The position numbers and the translations under genes are program-made. Of a stretch of 64,000 nt of DNA, positions 1 through 16,335 are shown piece after piece. The notes under the pieces are model-generated. The model worked only from the letters and a program-made list of their open reading frames with translations, did not search any database and was not told the origin of the DNA. This stretch comes from Macrostomum lignano (taxonomy: Eukaryota): NCBI GenBank assembly GCA_002269645.1, contig NIVC01001163.1:124001-188000 (forward strand). Reading direction: 5' to 3'. Position 1 is the first letter of the stretch; the number at the start of each line of letters is the position of its first letter.

Positions 1-195
1 CCCTTACACAAGAGGACGCGCATTTATAGAATAATAGGGTGTAAATTGTCGCAGTTAGAAGAGCGTTAGCCAGTTGGCAATAGAAAGGCACTGTAAAAGC
101 AGCATCGACTAGATGAGTAAAAATAAAAAGCAGCAAGGACTAGATAATAGAGAGCTGCATGGACTAGATTTACATGGTTTTGGCGGCGAGATCTA

Positions 196-1361
196 CTATC
201 CTGCAGCCTTCTCCATCAGCTCGGTGAGTTTGACTAATGTGTCTAATGGGGGATCTGGGAGCTTATGGTTTCTCCAGGCTTGCTTTGGAGGGGGGATTTC
301 GAATCCGTGGATGGCGTTAGCTATAACTTTTTGGTACCATTTGGTGGCTACCTTTTCTACCCTGGGCTTAACCATGGGTATGTTAGCTATTTTGTGCAGA
401 TAGTTGATTCTGGTGAATTTGGGGGTATTGTAGCAGAGTCTGAGGTTGGTGTTTTGGATATGCTGGAGTTTGGTAAAGTTGGTGCTTCCCATGGACAGGA
501 GAACTTGGGGGGCGTAGGTCATGTCACTCTCAATGTAAGCTCTGTACAGGAGTCTGAGGGTTCTGCTGGGGACCTTGGTTAGTCGGGCAATCCTCCTGAT
601 CTGAAAGGTTCTGACCTCGCATTTATTGTGTATCTTTTGGACGTGTTGGTTAAGGCTGAGGTTTCTGTCCAAGGTGACCCCAAGCTGGAATGTAACGGAG
701 TCTGTGTAGGGAATCTCTTCCCCATCGAGTTTAAGGGCTGGGGGTCGTGTCGAGGTCCGGATTTGCACCGATTGTCGTAGAATTTGACTGCCTGACTCTT
801 TTTGGCATTAACTTTGATGCCGTACTTCCCCAGCCAGGGTTGAAGGTTTTCTATGTATTTTTGGAGATGCCCTGCGGCATACTTGGGGCTAATAGACCTG
901 GCCCAAATGGCCATATCATCCGCATATTGACTAGTCTGGACGCAGGGACCCGAGGGTTTGGGCATCGTGCTAACATAGAGGTTAAAGAGGAGTGGGTTGA
1001 GGACCCCGCCCTGGGGGACCCCTGCCTGGGGGACGAAGACCTCACCCAGGCTCTCGCCCACCTTTACTATGATCCTTCTGTCATGCATGTAGCTGGATGT
1101 AATTCTGACTAGGGTACGTGGCATTTGTATTTCTGTGGTCCTGTGTCTGAGCATGTCATGCCTGACTGAGTCGAAGGCTGCCTCAACATCTAGGAATAGA
1201 CCCAAGTGTTTATAGTTTCTGTGTCTCTCTTCTTTGACATCTTGAACTAGTCGGAAAACATTGTCCGGGGCCCCGTGATAGGCGCGGTATGCACACTGGT
1301 TGCTGCCCAGGACCCCCTTCTCTTCCATCCACGGGATGAGTCTTTTTTTCTGGGCTGGCAT
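196..1361 (-). mobile_element. Non-LTR retrotransposon (LINE) reverse transcriptase, frameshifted near 745-790; no endonuclease or N-terminal RT subdomain recognisable upstream
   Basis: ORF 579-1361 has LINE RT motifs (NQCAYR, LFLDVEAAFDSV, GVPQGGVLNPLLF, QYADD). The thumb region (LGVTLDRNL, LYRAYIES, LQHIQN) continues in another frame (ORF 196-768). Confidence 0.92.
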
Positions 1362-1976
1362 CCCAGCGCGGTTTTATCCCCTGTTTTTATCTGGCCATAG
1401 TTGCCTCCAATTCTTCGGAGTTATGAGCTCTGCCCTCCCTGCCCGGTCCATCCTGCTCTGTCCTTGGTCCATCTGCTGGCTCCTCTGGTTGTCTCCCTGC
1501 CTAAGTGTCTCTGGCTCTCATCCTGACAGTGGATTGGTGTCCTGGGGAATGAGTTCGTCCCGAATCGGGGATACCGGCTGAGTTCGGGTCCTCTTGCTCC
1601 TTGTGCCCCTTCCTGACCCCTTGGCCTGGCCTCCAATATTGAGCTGGTTAGGTGACACCCTTGTGGCTTGCAGCCCTATAGGTAGTAGCAATATCCTGCC
1701 TGATAGGAGACTCGCCCTCGGAAACAAGCCTTCCAGACTCGCTCCAATAATTAAGCCATTTCCGTAGACTTCGGGGTTTCCCCGCTCTCGGACCGCTTTC
1801 AGTAGTAACCCAAGCTTTTTTCGCTTTTTCAATTTTTTTCTGCGCACTCCCGAAGATTTGTCTGCTGTGTGGTGGCCTGGGTGGACTCGGTCCTAGTACC
1901 GTCCCTGATTCCACTAATATTGGGTTGGCGGTGTCTTAGTCCATAAGGCTTGGGTTAGTAGCTCCAATACACCTTT

Positions 1977-2980
1977 TTCTCACCAGAGTCTTGAAATAAT
2001 GGTATTAAATATACTCACAAAACCTTGGTACTGTGTTCGACAATTTGAGTTAGAAGCCTTTTAGGATGTTAAAAAAGACATTCAGTAAAATTTGGTAAAG
2101 GCTTAGTGGGCTGTTAAAAAACTTAAGTAGCAGCAAGAGTTTAGTGTATGGTTTTGTCTCGCAAAGAGACGCCTAACCGCAGTACCCCTGTGACACTTGT
2201 CTCTATGGTTTTGTCTCGCATAGAGACGCCTAACCGCAGTACCCCTGTGACACTTGTCTCTGCCTGGCTGAAAGCTTGTAATGGGTTAGTAGGCTGGGTT
2301 GGAGGGTAATAGTCGATCCGCGAAGGGCTGTGGGTAGCTGTATAGGAAGGCAGGCCTATACCTGTTCCAGTTGATGCTCTGACGGTCTCCCTCGGAGTGT
2401 CCTCTGAGCGAACAGCCAGCGACTCTATTAAAGCTGGAGTGTGCCAGAACCAGGACTGAGTCTGAACAGGACGGGGCCGTTGGCACGGCCTAGTAGAAAT
2501 GGCGGGTTGGCGAAGCAAAGAGTGAAATAGTTCCGGCGATTAGCCTTCCTGCCGCTTCAAAGATAAGAGACTGTCTGGCAAGAGTACCCGGGGTTTAGTG
2601 GGTGGGGAGGCTCCTTCGGGTTGCCACGGCCGTGGGGGCGGTCATTTGACCGGTTTTTTGGCATTCCTAACCCAGGAGAAGGCACGGGCTTCCCTGAATG
2701 GTTCACTCAACCCCCTCTAGCCCCAGGGAGGTTTTGATTTGAGCTTGGAGTAGGCTTAACGCCTCGAAGGCAGGGGGTAGGGCCCGCCCTTTGCCCGACT
2801 GGTGTTGCCTGCTCAGCTTGTTGGCCACAGTCACTCTCACTCTAGCTTAGAAACCTTGTGTACCTGGGTACACTCCTAATCTGAAACCTTAAATATTACT
2901 AGTGGCGTAAGAGCCTGATCAATGGCCGAGGCGCCGGAATACTTATTTATTTAGTTAGTTAGTTCTCACCAGAGTCTTGA
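1977..2980. mobile_element. About 970-bp segment flanked by an exact 18-bp direct repeat; possible retro-insertion with TSD
   Basis: ttctcaccagagtcttga occurs at 1977-1994 and 2963-2980. A ttatttatttagttagttag tail precedes the right copy. Confidence 0.45.
2147..2260. repeat. 57-bp tandem duplication (2 copies)
   Basis: tatggttttgtctcgc(a/t)..gagacgcctaaccgcagtacccctgtgacacttgtctc occurs twice. Confidence 0.9.
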
Positions 2981-3575
2981 GCTCTGGTCCCAATAGTGGC
3001 CTCTCGGGCTATATGCCCCTGGCAGTATGGCCCAATCAGATCCCTGCGGTAGAGCCCCCTTTCGGGCTGATCCGCGGCAAGCCCCTGGCTTTCCACCCCG
3101 TTTGAGAAGAAGAAAAGGCCGTCGACACAGCTTGCTGGAAGACGTGTGGTTGCATTGTGTGCACAATTTTCTTTCGTACACGCTGTGTCCAAAAGTTTAC
3201 TGCGTGGAAAATGCCACGAGGGCTTAGTAAATTCCCACATAACTTTTTCCCTACAAAACTTGTAGGGAATAACAAGGATACGCAGAGCTGGGCGGTAGGA
3301 TTTGGGGATGAGGCTGCATACGAGTTGTGCATCATTGCAGACCTCGTCAATGTGCAAACTCTCTGCATTTATGTGCGGGACTCCTGCGCACGAGCCATGC
3401 GTGTACTTATTGGGAACTTTCATCCCGGGGTGCAACGGCCGCTGCGTACTTTATTTTATTTTCAGCTGGTTGCTTTGTGCAGCCCAGTCACAACCAGTCA
3501 GGTACCGATTTAAGAATGTGTGTATAAGCGAGGATTTTGCTGAAATCATAATCTGAGTGAAAGTCTGCGGTAGCA

Positions 3576-4204
3576 ATGTTCTCGAATACCGGTAGAGTTT
3601 CCAGTCAGCTCGATTCCAGCGGCTCACCGATCGATGCTGGCCAACTGATTGACAGTTCGGCAGATGAAACTGCCGTGGAACTTCCGACATTTTTAGCGGC
3701 AGAACAGCCTGGTTCATCATCGGATACGTCTGGGATTCTGATGGAAACCCGCTGTTTAGGACTGAGCTACGAGGAGAGACACGAGATCAACTTGATGTAC
3801 CACCAGCTGAGGGACCATGGCGAGCAGCTGCGACTGACAGGATGGAGACCCTTGCTAGGTGAGCGTCTGAGGCCAGTGGGTTGTGAAGTATCTTCGAGAA
3901 AATGAGTAAATAAATTTTTCTTCCTTTAGACTGCGAATACGTCAAGGATTGTTGCCATAGCGACAGATGCGACAACTGTAACGAGGCCACAGAAGATGAA
4001 GAGAACGACAGCTCGTGTTGCAGCAGCAGCGGTAGCAGCAAAAGCTCCTGCAGCTCGGGCAGCGGCAGCTCGGTATGCGGCACGAGGTTCAAGCACCGGC
4101 GTCGTACCGAGCGCTGGAACCAGGAGTTCGACGAGGAGGTGCGCGAACTGCAGGGCTTCATCGACCGCTCCTATTATCCGACTAAAGTGTACAGGGTAAA
4201 GTGA
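3576..4204 (+). CDS. Orphan two-exon ORF, join(3576..3858,3930..4204), about 185 aa, with a Cys/acidic/Ser-rich second exon
   Basis: Donor CTAG|GTGAGC (3859) and acceptor ttcctttAG| (3929) are both phase 1 and join RPLL-D-CEYVKDCCHSDRCDNC...RYYPTKVYRVK* in frame. No family recognised. Confidence 0.5.
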
Positions 4205-5599
4205 TTCGCGAACGGGAATAGGCAGTGTGTTCTTGTACGAGTAGTAGAGGATGTTTCTCTCCATTAATGAAATTATAGTTTTATTTGTCTTTCAATAGGA
4301 AGCATTAGGAAGATAATGAATTTGGACAACTGCAGTAGCAGGACGCTACAATTGGCTTTCTTAGAAATCAGCTGCAGCCCGGTAAGGCACCTATAATTAT
4401 CGTAATGTTGTCGAGAAGTCGCGGATTTTTTCATCAATCTCACTGACCCTATGGCACTCTGCTTGCGATCGCGGAGTAACGCATCATATCGGTTTTTATA
4501 ATCTTTGCTATCGACTCTGAGAGATCCATATGCTAAAAATGGTCTGTCGGTAGGTAGGTAGGTTTTTTTCGCAAATGAATTTCATCCAAACAGAAGCAAT
4601 GTCCGAACAGAGTGTGGAGGTTCGGGTTTGCCGATAAATGCTCGGGACCGGGGTAAATCCCGAATGCCGAAAAATGTCCATTTCCGAACACCTCTAGTCC
4701 TGCATCAGGGCGGAGCAAAGCTATTTAATGGGTTTAATAAAGTTGCCCCATAAAGATATTGCTAAGAAAACCGATTAAAACGCAAAGTCGTTTAACTCAT
4801 GATAATTCATTTGCAAAAAATGCTTACCTTGACCCCGGGGAGTCGTATGAGAGTTCGCACGAAAGTTCTCGAAAGTATAAAGTACATTTAACTACTATTA
4901 ATTGAAGCTGTTCAGCTGTTTCACTCGTACTACCTGATGACTCATTTGTTATTTTCAAGTAGAGACAGTTTTTGCAAGTAGTTTTTACGTGTACATTTTA
5001 CACTTTGTATACATTTAATACAAGTACAATAATACACATGCGTTCATTATTAGCTGCGCGTAGACTATACTAAGCTGCATGTAAATTTTCGTGTTAAATA
5101 TAAAACAGTGCCGTCTAACTCCGGTTTAACAGTAAACAAATTAAAACACAAACAGCCACTTTGCCTGTCTCTCCCTCCGTGGCTCTAATATTAGAATCCC
5201 ATGTACGCAAATATGAAAAATTCCAATGGGGTTCCCATTAGTCACCGACTTTACTGTATGGTTGCAGCCCAGGTTTAACCAATGCAATCCTTTATCAAGG
5301 AAGCCATGACGAAATAGGAGTTATTTCTTCTGCGGCCCAGCCTCTTCGATGAAGCATCGCCAATCCAGCAAATCTTTTAACAAAAACGGCTTCAGCGATT
5401 TGCCGCCGCATTCCGCATGCAACAGCTGGCCTGCCAGTCAGGGATGCACTGGAGGCGCAAAACTGATCGAAATCACCTAAGTATGTCAAATTCCCAACTA
5501 AGGCTTCAATGCTTTTATTGTAGCTTAAAAATAGTTACTGTATATAACTATCTCACTGCCCAGGCTCAAAATTCCTTTGTAGTCCACTGTTTACATGTA

Positions 5600-6305
5600 G
5601 ATTCAAAATCTCTGTTTAGATCAGAAATGGCACTGTTTAGATCAGAAATCCCAGTGTTTGGATCCGAAATCCCAGTGTTTACATCCAAAATATCACTGTT
5701 TAGATTCAAAATCTCACTGTTTAGATTCAAAATCTCACTGTTTAGATTCAAAATCTCACTGTTTAGATTCAAAATCTCACTGTTTAGATCCAAAATCTCA
5801 CTAATTAGATCCGAAATCTCACTGATTAGATTCAAAATCTCACTGTTTAGATTCAAAATCTCACTGTTTAGATTCAAAATCTCACTGTTTAGATCCAAAA
5901 TCTCACTAATTAGATCCGAAATCTCACTGATTAGATTCAAAATCTCACTGTTTAGATTTAAAATCTCACTGATTAGATCCGAAATCTCAATGTTTAGATC
6001 AGAAATCTCACTGTTTAGATCCGAAATCCCAGTGTTTACATCCGAAATCTCACTGATTAGATAAAAAATCTCACTTTTTAGATTCAAAATCTCACTGTTT
6101 AGATTCAAAATCTCACTGTTTAGATTCTAAATCTGACTATTTGGATCCAAAATCCCCGTGTTTAGATCTGAAATTTCACTGTTTAGATTCAAAATCCCAC
6201 TTTAGATCCAAAATCTCACTGATTAGATTCAAAATCCCACTTTAGATCCAAAATCTCACTGTTTATATCCGAACTGTCACTGTTAAGATACAAAATCTCA
6301 CTTTG
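5600..6305. repeat. 21-bp minisatellite (aaaatctcactgtttagattc)n
   Basis: Visible tandem array; ORF translations repeat every 7 aa. Confidence 0.95.
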
Positions 6306-6837
6306 AAGCTTCAAAATCTCGCCAAAGCGACTTGATAGCAGCTACAAGCAGCGCCAAAAAAGCTTGAAATGCGCACAAAATCTGGCTGACAGTACTTTAA
6401 GGAACTATTTTTTCCCGGCAAAACCGACGCATTTTCAACTAGTTTCGGCACAATAACATTTATTTCTAATATTTTTATAGTCTATTATAACTGCGTATTG
6501 GCTAAGCGCCTGCATGGCAGATGACATAACCGAGATTGAAGTTTTGTTACAAGTAGCAGTTTCACAAATCGAATTGAGCCTTTAGACTGGCATGAAAATT
6601 GAGGGTAGCGAGTTTGCAACAGCAGCAAGCGGTGCTATGGGGATGAGAGAAACGATGCGAAAAACGACAAAAAAATGCAACCAAAATTCTCTGCTCAAAG
6701 GCAATTCAGCCGGTGCCAGTAAGGCACGGTACACCGTGCCGGTGACACGGCACTGCTCCTGCCAAGCATTACGGAGAAACAGAGATTGCAGCATTGGGCA
6801 ATTCCTCGGCAGTATCAACTGCTTGGATACTCTATCC

Positions 6838-7681
6838 AACTGATCCCACATCGGAATCCACTGATCCCACTCTCGGATTCCACTGAATCCACACTCGGAT
6901 TCCACTGAATCCATACTCGGATTCCACTGATCCCATACTCGGATTCCACTGATCCCATACTCGGAATCCACTGATCCCACAATCGGACCCCACTGATCCC
7001 ACACTCGGAATCCACTGATCCCACAATCGGACCCCACTGATCCCATACTCGGATTCCACTGATCCCACAATCGGATCCCACTGAATCCACACCCGGATCC
7101 CACTGATCTGATACTCGGATTCCACTGATCCCATACTCGGAATCCATTGATCCCACAATCGGATCCCACTGAATCCACACTCGGATCCAACTGAATCCAC
7201 ACTCGGATCCCACTGATCTGATACTCGGATCCCACTGATCTGATACTCGGATCCCACTGATCTGATACTCGGATCCCACTGATCTGATACTCGGATCCCA
7301 CTGATCTGATACTCGGATCCCACTGATCCCATACTCGGAGTCCACTGATCCCACACTCGGATCCCACTGATCCCATACTCGGATCCCACTGATCCCATAC
7401 TCGGATCCCACACTCGGAGTCCACTGATCCCACACTCGGATCCCACTGATCCCACACTCGGATCCCACTGATCCCACACTCGGATCACACTGATCCCACA
7501 CTCGGATCCCACTGATCCCACACTCGGATCCCACTGATCTCACACTCGGATCACACTGATCCCACACTCGGATCCCACTGATCCCACACTCGGATCCCAC
7601 TGATCCCACACTCGGATCACACTGATCCCACACTCGGATCCCACTGATCCCACACTCGGATCCCACTGATCCCACACTCGG
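6838..7681. repeat. 22-bp minisatellite (gatcccactgatcccacactcg)n
   Basis: Visible tandem array; translations repeat every 22 aa (3 units). Confidence 0.95.
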
Positions 7682-8329
7682 AGCCAGTAACCTGAGTGCA
7701 GTATCGCGCACAGGCTTGTGCAGAAAATCCACAGCAGAAATCCATGAACAAAATTTAAACAACTGAAAGAGCAAAAGCATAAAATAGAAAGATATTTTTT
7801 GTCTATGAATATTTGAATTTTTAATATCTGATGATGATATTCCAGCACAAAGGGGTGAATGAATTCAACAAATATATAAAAATGGTGCATTATAAAGTAT
7901 TTACAGATTTTACACAGCTAAAGAGCTGACGAAGAAAATCTACTGAACTGTGGAACATATGCTCATACTTATACATAGTATGAAAAGAACAAATATTTAT
8001 CTTCTTTTTAATTGAATGGTTTTCAATATATAAACAATTGAGTAAAAAATATTGTTTATAAGAATGCCGCGGTGTTGACTGCAGGTTCATGCACCTCTCG
8101 ACGCACTGGCCGGCTGTGGACAAATGGACAAAGGAAAAATATGACTAAGTACGAGTAAAACTGTATCAATTATTTTGCAGATTTTGTACTACTAACGCCA
8201 AGTCCAAGTAGTATACAAGTAAATTTGCGAAACTACCAATCTAGCTATAATTACCTGTGCTTACCTGTGGTCCGTTAATCCATCCTAAAAGCTCTATGAC
8301 GTTTGTTAATCTAGCCTAAAGATTTCAAG

Positions 8330-8780
8330 AGGTCGCTAATTCGTTCGGTAGGTTTCAAGGGCTCGATAATTCATTCTGAGGATTTTGGGACTCGGTAATC
8401 CATTCTGGGGATTTGGGGGATTGTTAATCCACCCTGTAGGTCTCAGAAGGTCGCTAATCCCGCTGTAGGTTTCAAGTAGGAAACTCTGTAGGTTTCAAGG
8501 GGTCGCTAATCCCCTCTGTAGGCTTCAAGGGGTCACTAACCCTCTCTGTAGGTTTCAAGGGGTCACTAATCCTCTCTGTAGGCTTCAAGGGGTCACTAAC
8601 CCTCTCTGTAGGTTTCAAGGGGTCGCTAATCCTCTCTGTAGGTTTCAAGGGGTCACTAATCCTCTCTGTAGGCTTTAAGGGGTCACTAATCCTCTTTGTA
8701 GGTTTCAAGGGGTCGCTAATCCCCTCTGTAGGCTTCAAGGGGTCACTAATCCCCTCTGTAGGCTTCAAGGGGTCACTAAT
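8330..8780. repeat. 30-bp minisatellite (ctctgtaggtttcaaggggtcactaatcc-type unit)
   Basis: Tandem array; KPTERISDPL 10-aa periodicity. Confidence 0.93.
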
Positions 8781-8827
8781 CGACTTTGAGGATCTGAGGT
8801 GGCGTCTCGAATCGTTAGAAAACCTTT

Positions 8828-9072
8828 CTCAACTAAGCATCGCGACATCAAAAGCCCCCGGATAACCATGAACCCTCAACTAAGCATCGCGACATCAAAA
8901 GCCCCCGGATAACCATGAACCCTCAACTAAGCATCGCGACATCAAAAGCCCCCGGATAACCATGAACCCTCAACTAAGCATCGCGACATCAAAAGCCCCC
9001 GGATAACCATGAACCCTCAACTAAGCATCGCGACATCAAAAGCCCCCGGATAACCATGAACCCTCAACTAAG
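8828..9072. repeat. 47-bp tandem repeat, 5 identical copies plus a partial copy
   Basis: ctcaactaagcatcgcgacatcaaaagcccccggataaccatgaacc repeated head-to-tail with no spacers. Confidence 0.95.
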
Positions 9073-9104
9073 CCAGACTCAGGACGCACCTTTCCGACGC
9101 AAGG

Positions 9105-12587
<3,483 letters not shown>

Positions 12588-13698
12588 CTTTGGCAGGTTT
12601 ATTATCTTCTGTTACGCTAATTTGCAATAAAAGTAGCAGAGGGACTGCGTGCTGCATCTATCAAAACAGAGTCACAAGCCAGTCAAAAAAGTATATATTT
12701 AGCCAATTTAAAACTATGAATAAGCTGAATGATTTGACTTATAGGCTTATCAACTTAAAATATTTAATATATGTAAAGTGTTTACATGCTAGTTTTTGTA
12801 ATAGGTTGCCAAAATGAAATAGGAAAAGTTTTTTTGATAGGATTTATAAAAATGGGATTTCAATAAAGGGTGCAGGACTAGCCAATACAAGCTTTATTGG
12901 AGACTCAGGGAGCCACTAATAGCCTTATCCCTATACAGCAATGTGCCATTATTTAAAATGCCTAGCTAGATCTAAAACCCTAATAATCTCTTATCTAAGA
13001 CTGCCAATGTCTATAAATACAATAAAGCCACAATGGACTTATAAAAAGAACATACAGTTCATTATACAATAAAATGGACACTCATTTTTGCTTAGTAAAA
13101 TTTGCTAAAACAACTAGCACATTAAGTCCCCTATAGTGGGCATTCAATTTCAAAATTCAAACATAAAAGTATTAAAAACATTGTTTTTTTAATTTACCCA
13201 TTTCCAAAATAAATCTTCAATGTTTAAAATTTTATATAAGCATATTAAGCCCCCTATGAGGGCATTCAAATTCAAAATTAAAACAATGAAAGCATTAAAA
13301 ATGTTTCTTAAATATTTGACAAATTTCCTATTGCAATTGGTATAAATTCTATTCTATATACATATTTGCCAACTGAATCTGAATTAATTAGGCCCATTAA
13401 CTACTGCCACCATTTGCAACTGCACCACTTTCTTTGTGTTGAAAATTAATATAAACAAGATTAAAGCAATTTAGATAGTTGATAAAAAGGCACATTGCAT
13501 TTCAGGCTAGGCCTAGCTTTATAATCCAACTCTCTTTCATCAATTGTCTATTAGACTAGTAAATAATAAAATTCAATTATTCAATCAACTCTATAAATTG
13601 CAAGTCTGCCAGGGTGCTAGTCACTTTGTCAACTAGTGTTTTGTCAAATGGTTGACAAAGTGACTACTTGCATTTAGCAGGGTTAGCAGTATTAGCTA

Positions 13699-13897
13699 TT
13701 GACAAAATGACCAAATTTAAAGGTCTTACTGATTGGTCAATCAATGAAATGACCAAGACCAATGGCTCACTCTCACCTGTCACTAGTTGACAAGATGTAA
13801 CTAATTTAAAGGTCTTATTGATTGGTCAATCAATGAAATGACCAAGACCAATGGCTCACTCTCACATGTCACTAGTTGACAAAATGAAACTAATTTA
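13699..13897. repeat. About 89-bp tandem duplication in AT-rich intergenic DNA
   Basis: aatttaaaggtctta.tgattggtcaatcaatgaaatgaccaagacc starts at 13714 and 13803. Confidence 0.85.
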
Positions 13898-14819
13898 GAA
13901 TTATGGTTACTTGATTTCAAATGCATTGAGAATTATTTCTAAACTCTTGATTAGTAAACTTTAACATTATAATTTACTAATTAATTATTTACCTGTTTTT
14001 TATTTGCTTATCATTTCTTATAAAAATACCATTTCCTTTGTTGTAATTCAATATAATTAAATTGTACATTCAAATGTACATATTTATTGGTGCAATTTTG
14101 AGAGTTGGTTTAACAGAACAATTCTTGGCACAGATACAGCCATGAACATATCATATATATATATACAATACTGCATTGCATAATATATGTACATATATAT
14201 AAATGCACAGTTGACAAAGTAACTACCATTTTAAACTGTTTGCCATGGGATAGCTAGGCCCATGCAAAGGATGATAAAACTCCTTATATTATAGGCCTAG
14301 CTTTATTTAGAATATATATTTTACATTGGAAGTGCTTGACCCCACAGACCTATGCCAATAATTTCAATTTTATCCACACAGATCCATGTCAATAATTTCT
14401 AGCTTATCCCCTTAGCAGCTTATTGGAATAAAGAACCTTAAAATGAATCTGTTCAAAACCATCTATTTGTTTTCACTGTTTTACAAATCATCCAAGTAAA
14501 CTACTGAATATTGAATAGTATTGAATACTTTATTAAAACTTTTTTTGTCATTAAAAGGGTTAATTTTAAATATTTGCTTAGCTGCCAGCTTTGCTTACAA
14601 TAACCAAATAGACCCTAAGATCAAGGTGAATGAGACTTGCAAAATTCAAAATTCAAAATGTAATAATAATAAGTAGGCCTATAATAATACTAATACTAAT
14701 AATAATGACAATATCAATTTAACTTCAATACACAAAAATAAACACAAACAACTGTACAATCTTATCTTATCTATGGCCTGGGGATAAGCTGAAAACTATT
14801 GATACAGATCCATGTAGAT

Positions 14820-16335
14820 CAGTGTTGGCACTACAGCAACCAAAAAAATTATCGTAGGATAAGAAAAAAATTGCAGGAACAAATTTCTTATTTGTCATAG
14901 AGAAAAAGGCACCAGTTTGCGAAAACAACTTTCTTTTTTAGCTTTCCATTTCTAATTCCATCTTCTATTTGACTAAAAAACTACTAGAATTTGCAATAAC
15001 TGCATGCAACTCTCATTTATGCCAAATCAGTGAAGTAGTCATACAACACAAGCATTTTCTTAAGGGAAGACAGGCATACATACACTCAGCAACAGTCAAA
15101 ACTGCCACCCTACCGAGAGGAGACTTCTTTCTCATAACTGCAAGTGACGTAACTTGCGCCTTGGCATGGCTAAAGCTGGGTGAGAGTGAATTCCAGGGTG
15201 AGAGTACAAAAGGGACTAGGGTTGGGGTTGGGGGTGCAACATTCAATTCACTGTACACGTGACAATGGTCAGGCATATGACAGACGCTGAACGATGGCGC
15301 GCTGTTGGCATGCTAGAAGCTGGTGCATCCATCATCACAGTTGCTCGCCAATTTGGCCAATCACGTTCAACAATTTGAGCGCTGTTAATGAAGTCCCAAG
15401 AGACTGGTAGTGGTTAGCACGCAGCCATAGGCAGCCAGCGCCATGATCTCCGCAGCTCCACAGCCAGGGCAAATCAACGTCTGCTGCAGATTGTCAGGCA
15501 AACTCCAACTGCGCCAGCCACCCTGCTCCGTCTAATGTGGGGTGAAAGAAGCAGATGGGGCATCCCCTGCATCCCCTGATTGCCCTCTCCTGCATTCACT
15601 CACACCCAGCTTTAGCCACGCCGTGGCGCAAGTTACGTCACTTGCAGTTGAGGTGAGAGAGAAGTCGCCTCTCGGTAGGGTGGTGGTTTTGACTGTTGCT
15701 GAGTGTATAATATAGATTACTGATGTTCATTATGGAACCAACCCGAGCAACCAACTAAAACACAAGACGCTACCTACGACTGCTGATGAGTAATAACAAT
15801 TTTACAACTAAATTTTGTGCTATATTCCAGTTGTCTGAATCTGTTCTCAATTTTATATAGCTGAAATGAATTCTTTTAATATTTTAATTTTGATCAATGT
15901 CAGTTACTGTAGGGGAAGAAATACTTTTACGTGAATCTTTGTTTGGCTAGTCAAACGTTAGTCAGGCAAAACTGCAGGCTCTTCAGTGGATGTTCATTTT
16001 TTCTTTGGAACCTTTGGCAGGACAGATTGAGCGCAGAACTCTGGCTGTCTTTTTCGCCAAGCCGTTTTGTCAGCAGCTTTCTTCAGTGCTTGCTCGACCG
16101 CAGCATGCTCAATCTCCTTTTGCCGAGCTTCAAAACTGGAGGCTTGCACAGCCTCACGCTATATTGATGACATTCATGACACTTTAATTGAGCATAAAAT
16201 GAAACACAGTACTTGAAAAAAAGTTGAAAGGACTAGTGTCCACGAAAAATTGCAGGAAATGAGCAAATAGATGAAATTATTGCTGAGCGATTAAAAATCA
16301 CTGAGCAATAAAAAATTGCAGTGGTAGCAACACTG
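14820..16335. mobile_element. Non-autonomous hAT-like DNA transposon
   Basis: TIRs cagtgttggcactacagcaa and cagtgttgctaccactgcaa match at 16/20. The 8-bp TSD is atgtagat/atatagat. The reconstructed empty site matches an uninterrupted repeat copy at about 16405-16460. Confidence 0.72.
15083..15705 (+). mobile_element. Internally deleted Tc1/mariner element nested in the hAT-like element
   Basis: TA TSD and about 110-bp TIRs starting cactcagcaacagtcaaaac. An HTH remnant MVRHMTDAERWRAVGMLEAGASIITVARQFGQSRSTI*ALLMKSQETGS lies at 15265-15417. Confidence 0.9.

Noticed and set aside
3926-4264. Minus-strand hydrophobic 112-aa ORF resembling a membrane protein
   Set aside because: Antisense shadow of the better supported plus-strand spliced ORF.
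5417-7890. Long ORFs of 180-321 aa
   Set aside because: Translations of the 21- and 22-bp arrays; open in several frames and on both strands.
8828-9072. Identical 47-bp repeats resembling a CRISPR array
   Set aside because: Units are contiguous with no spacers, there are no cas genes, and the context is eukaryotic.
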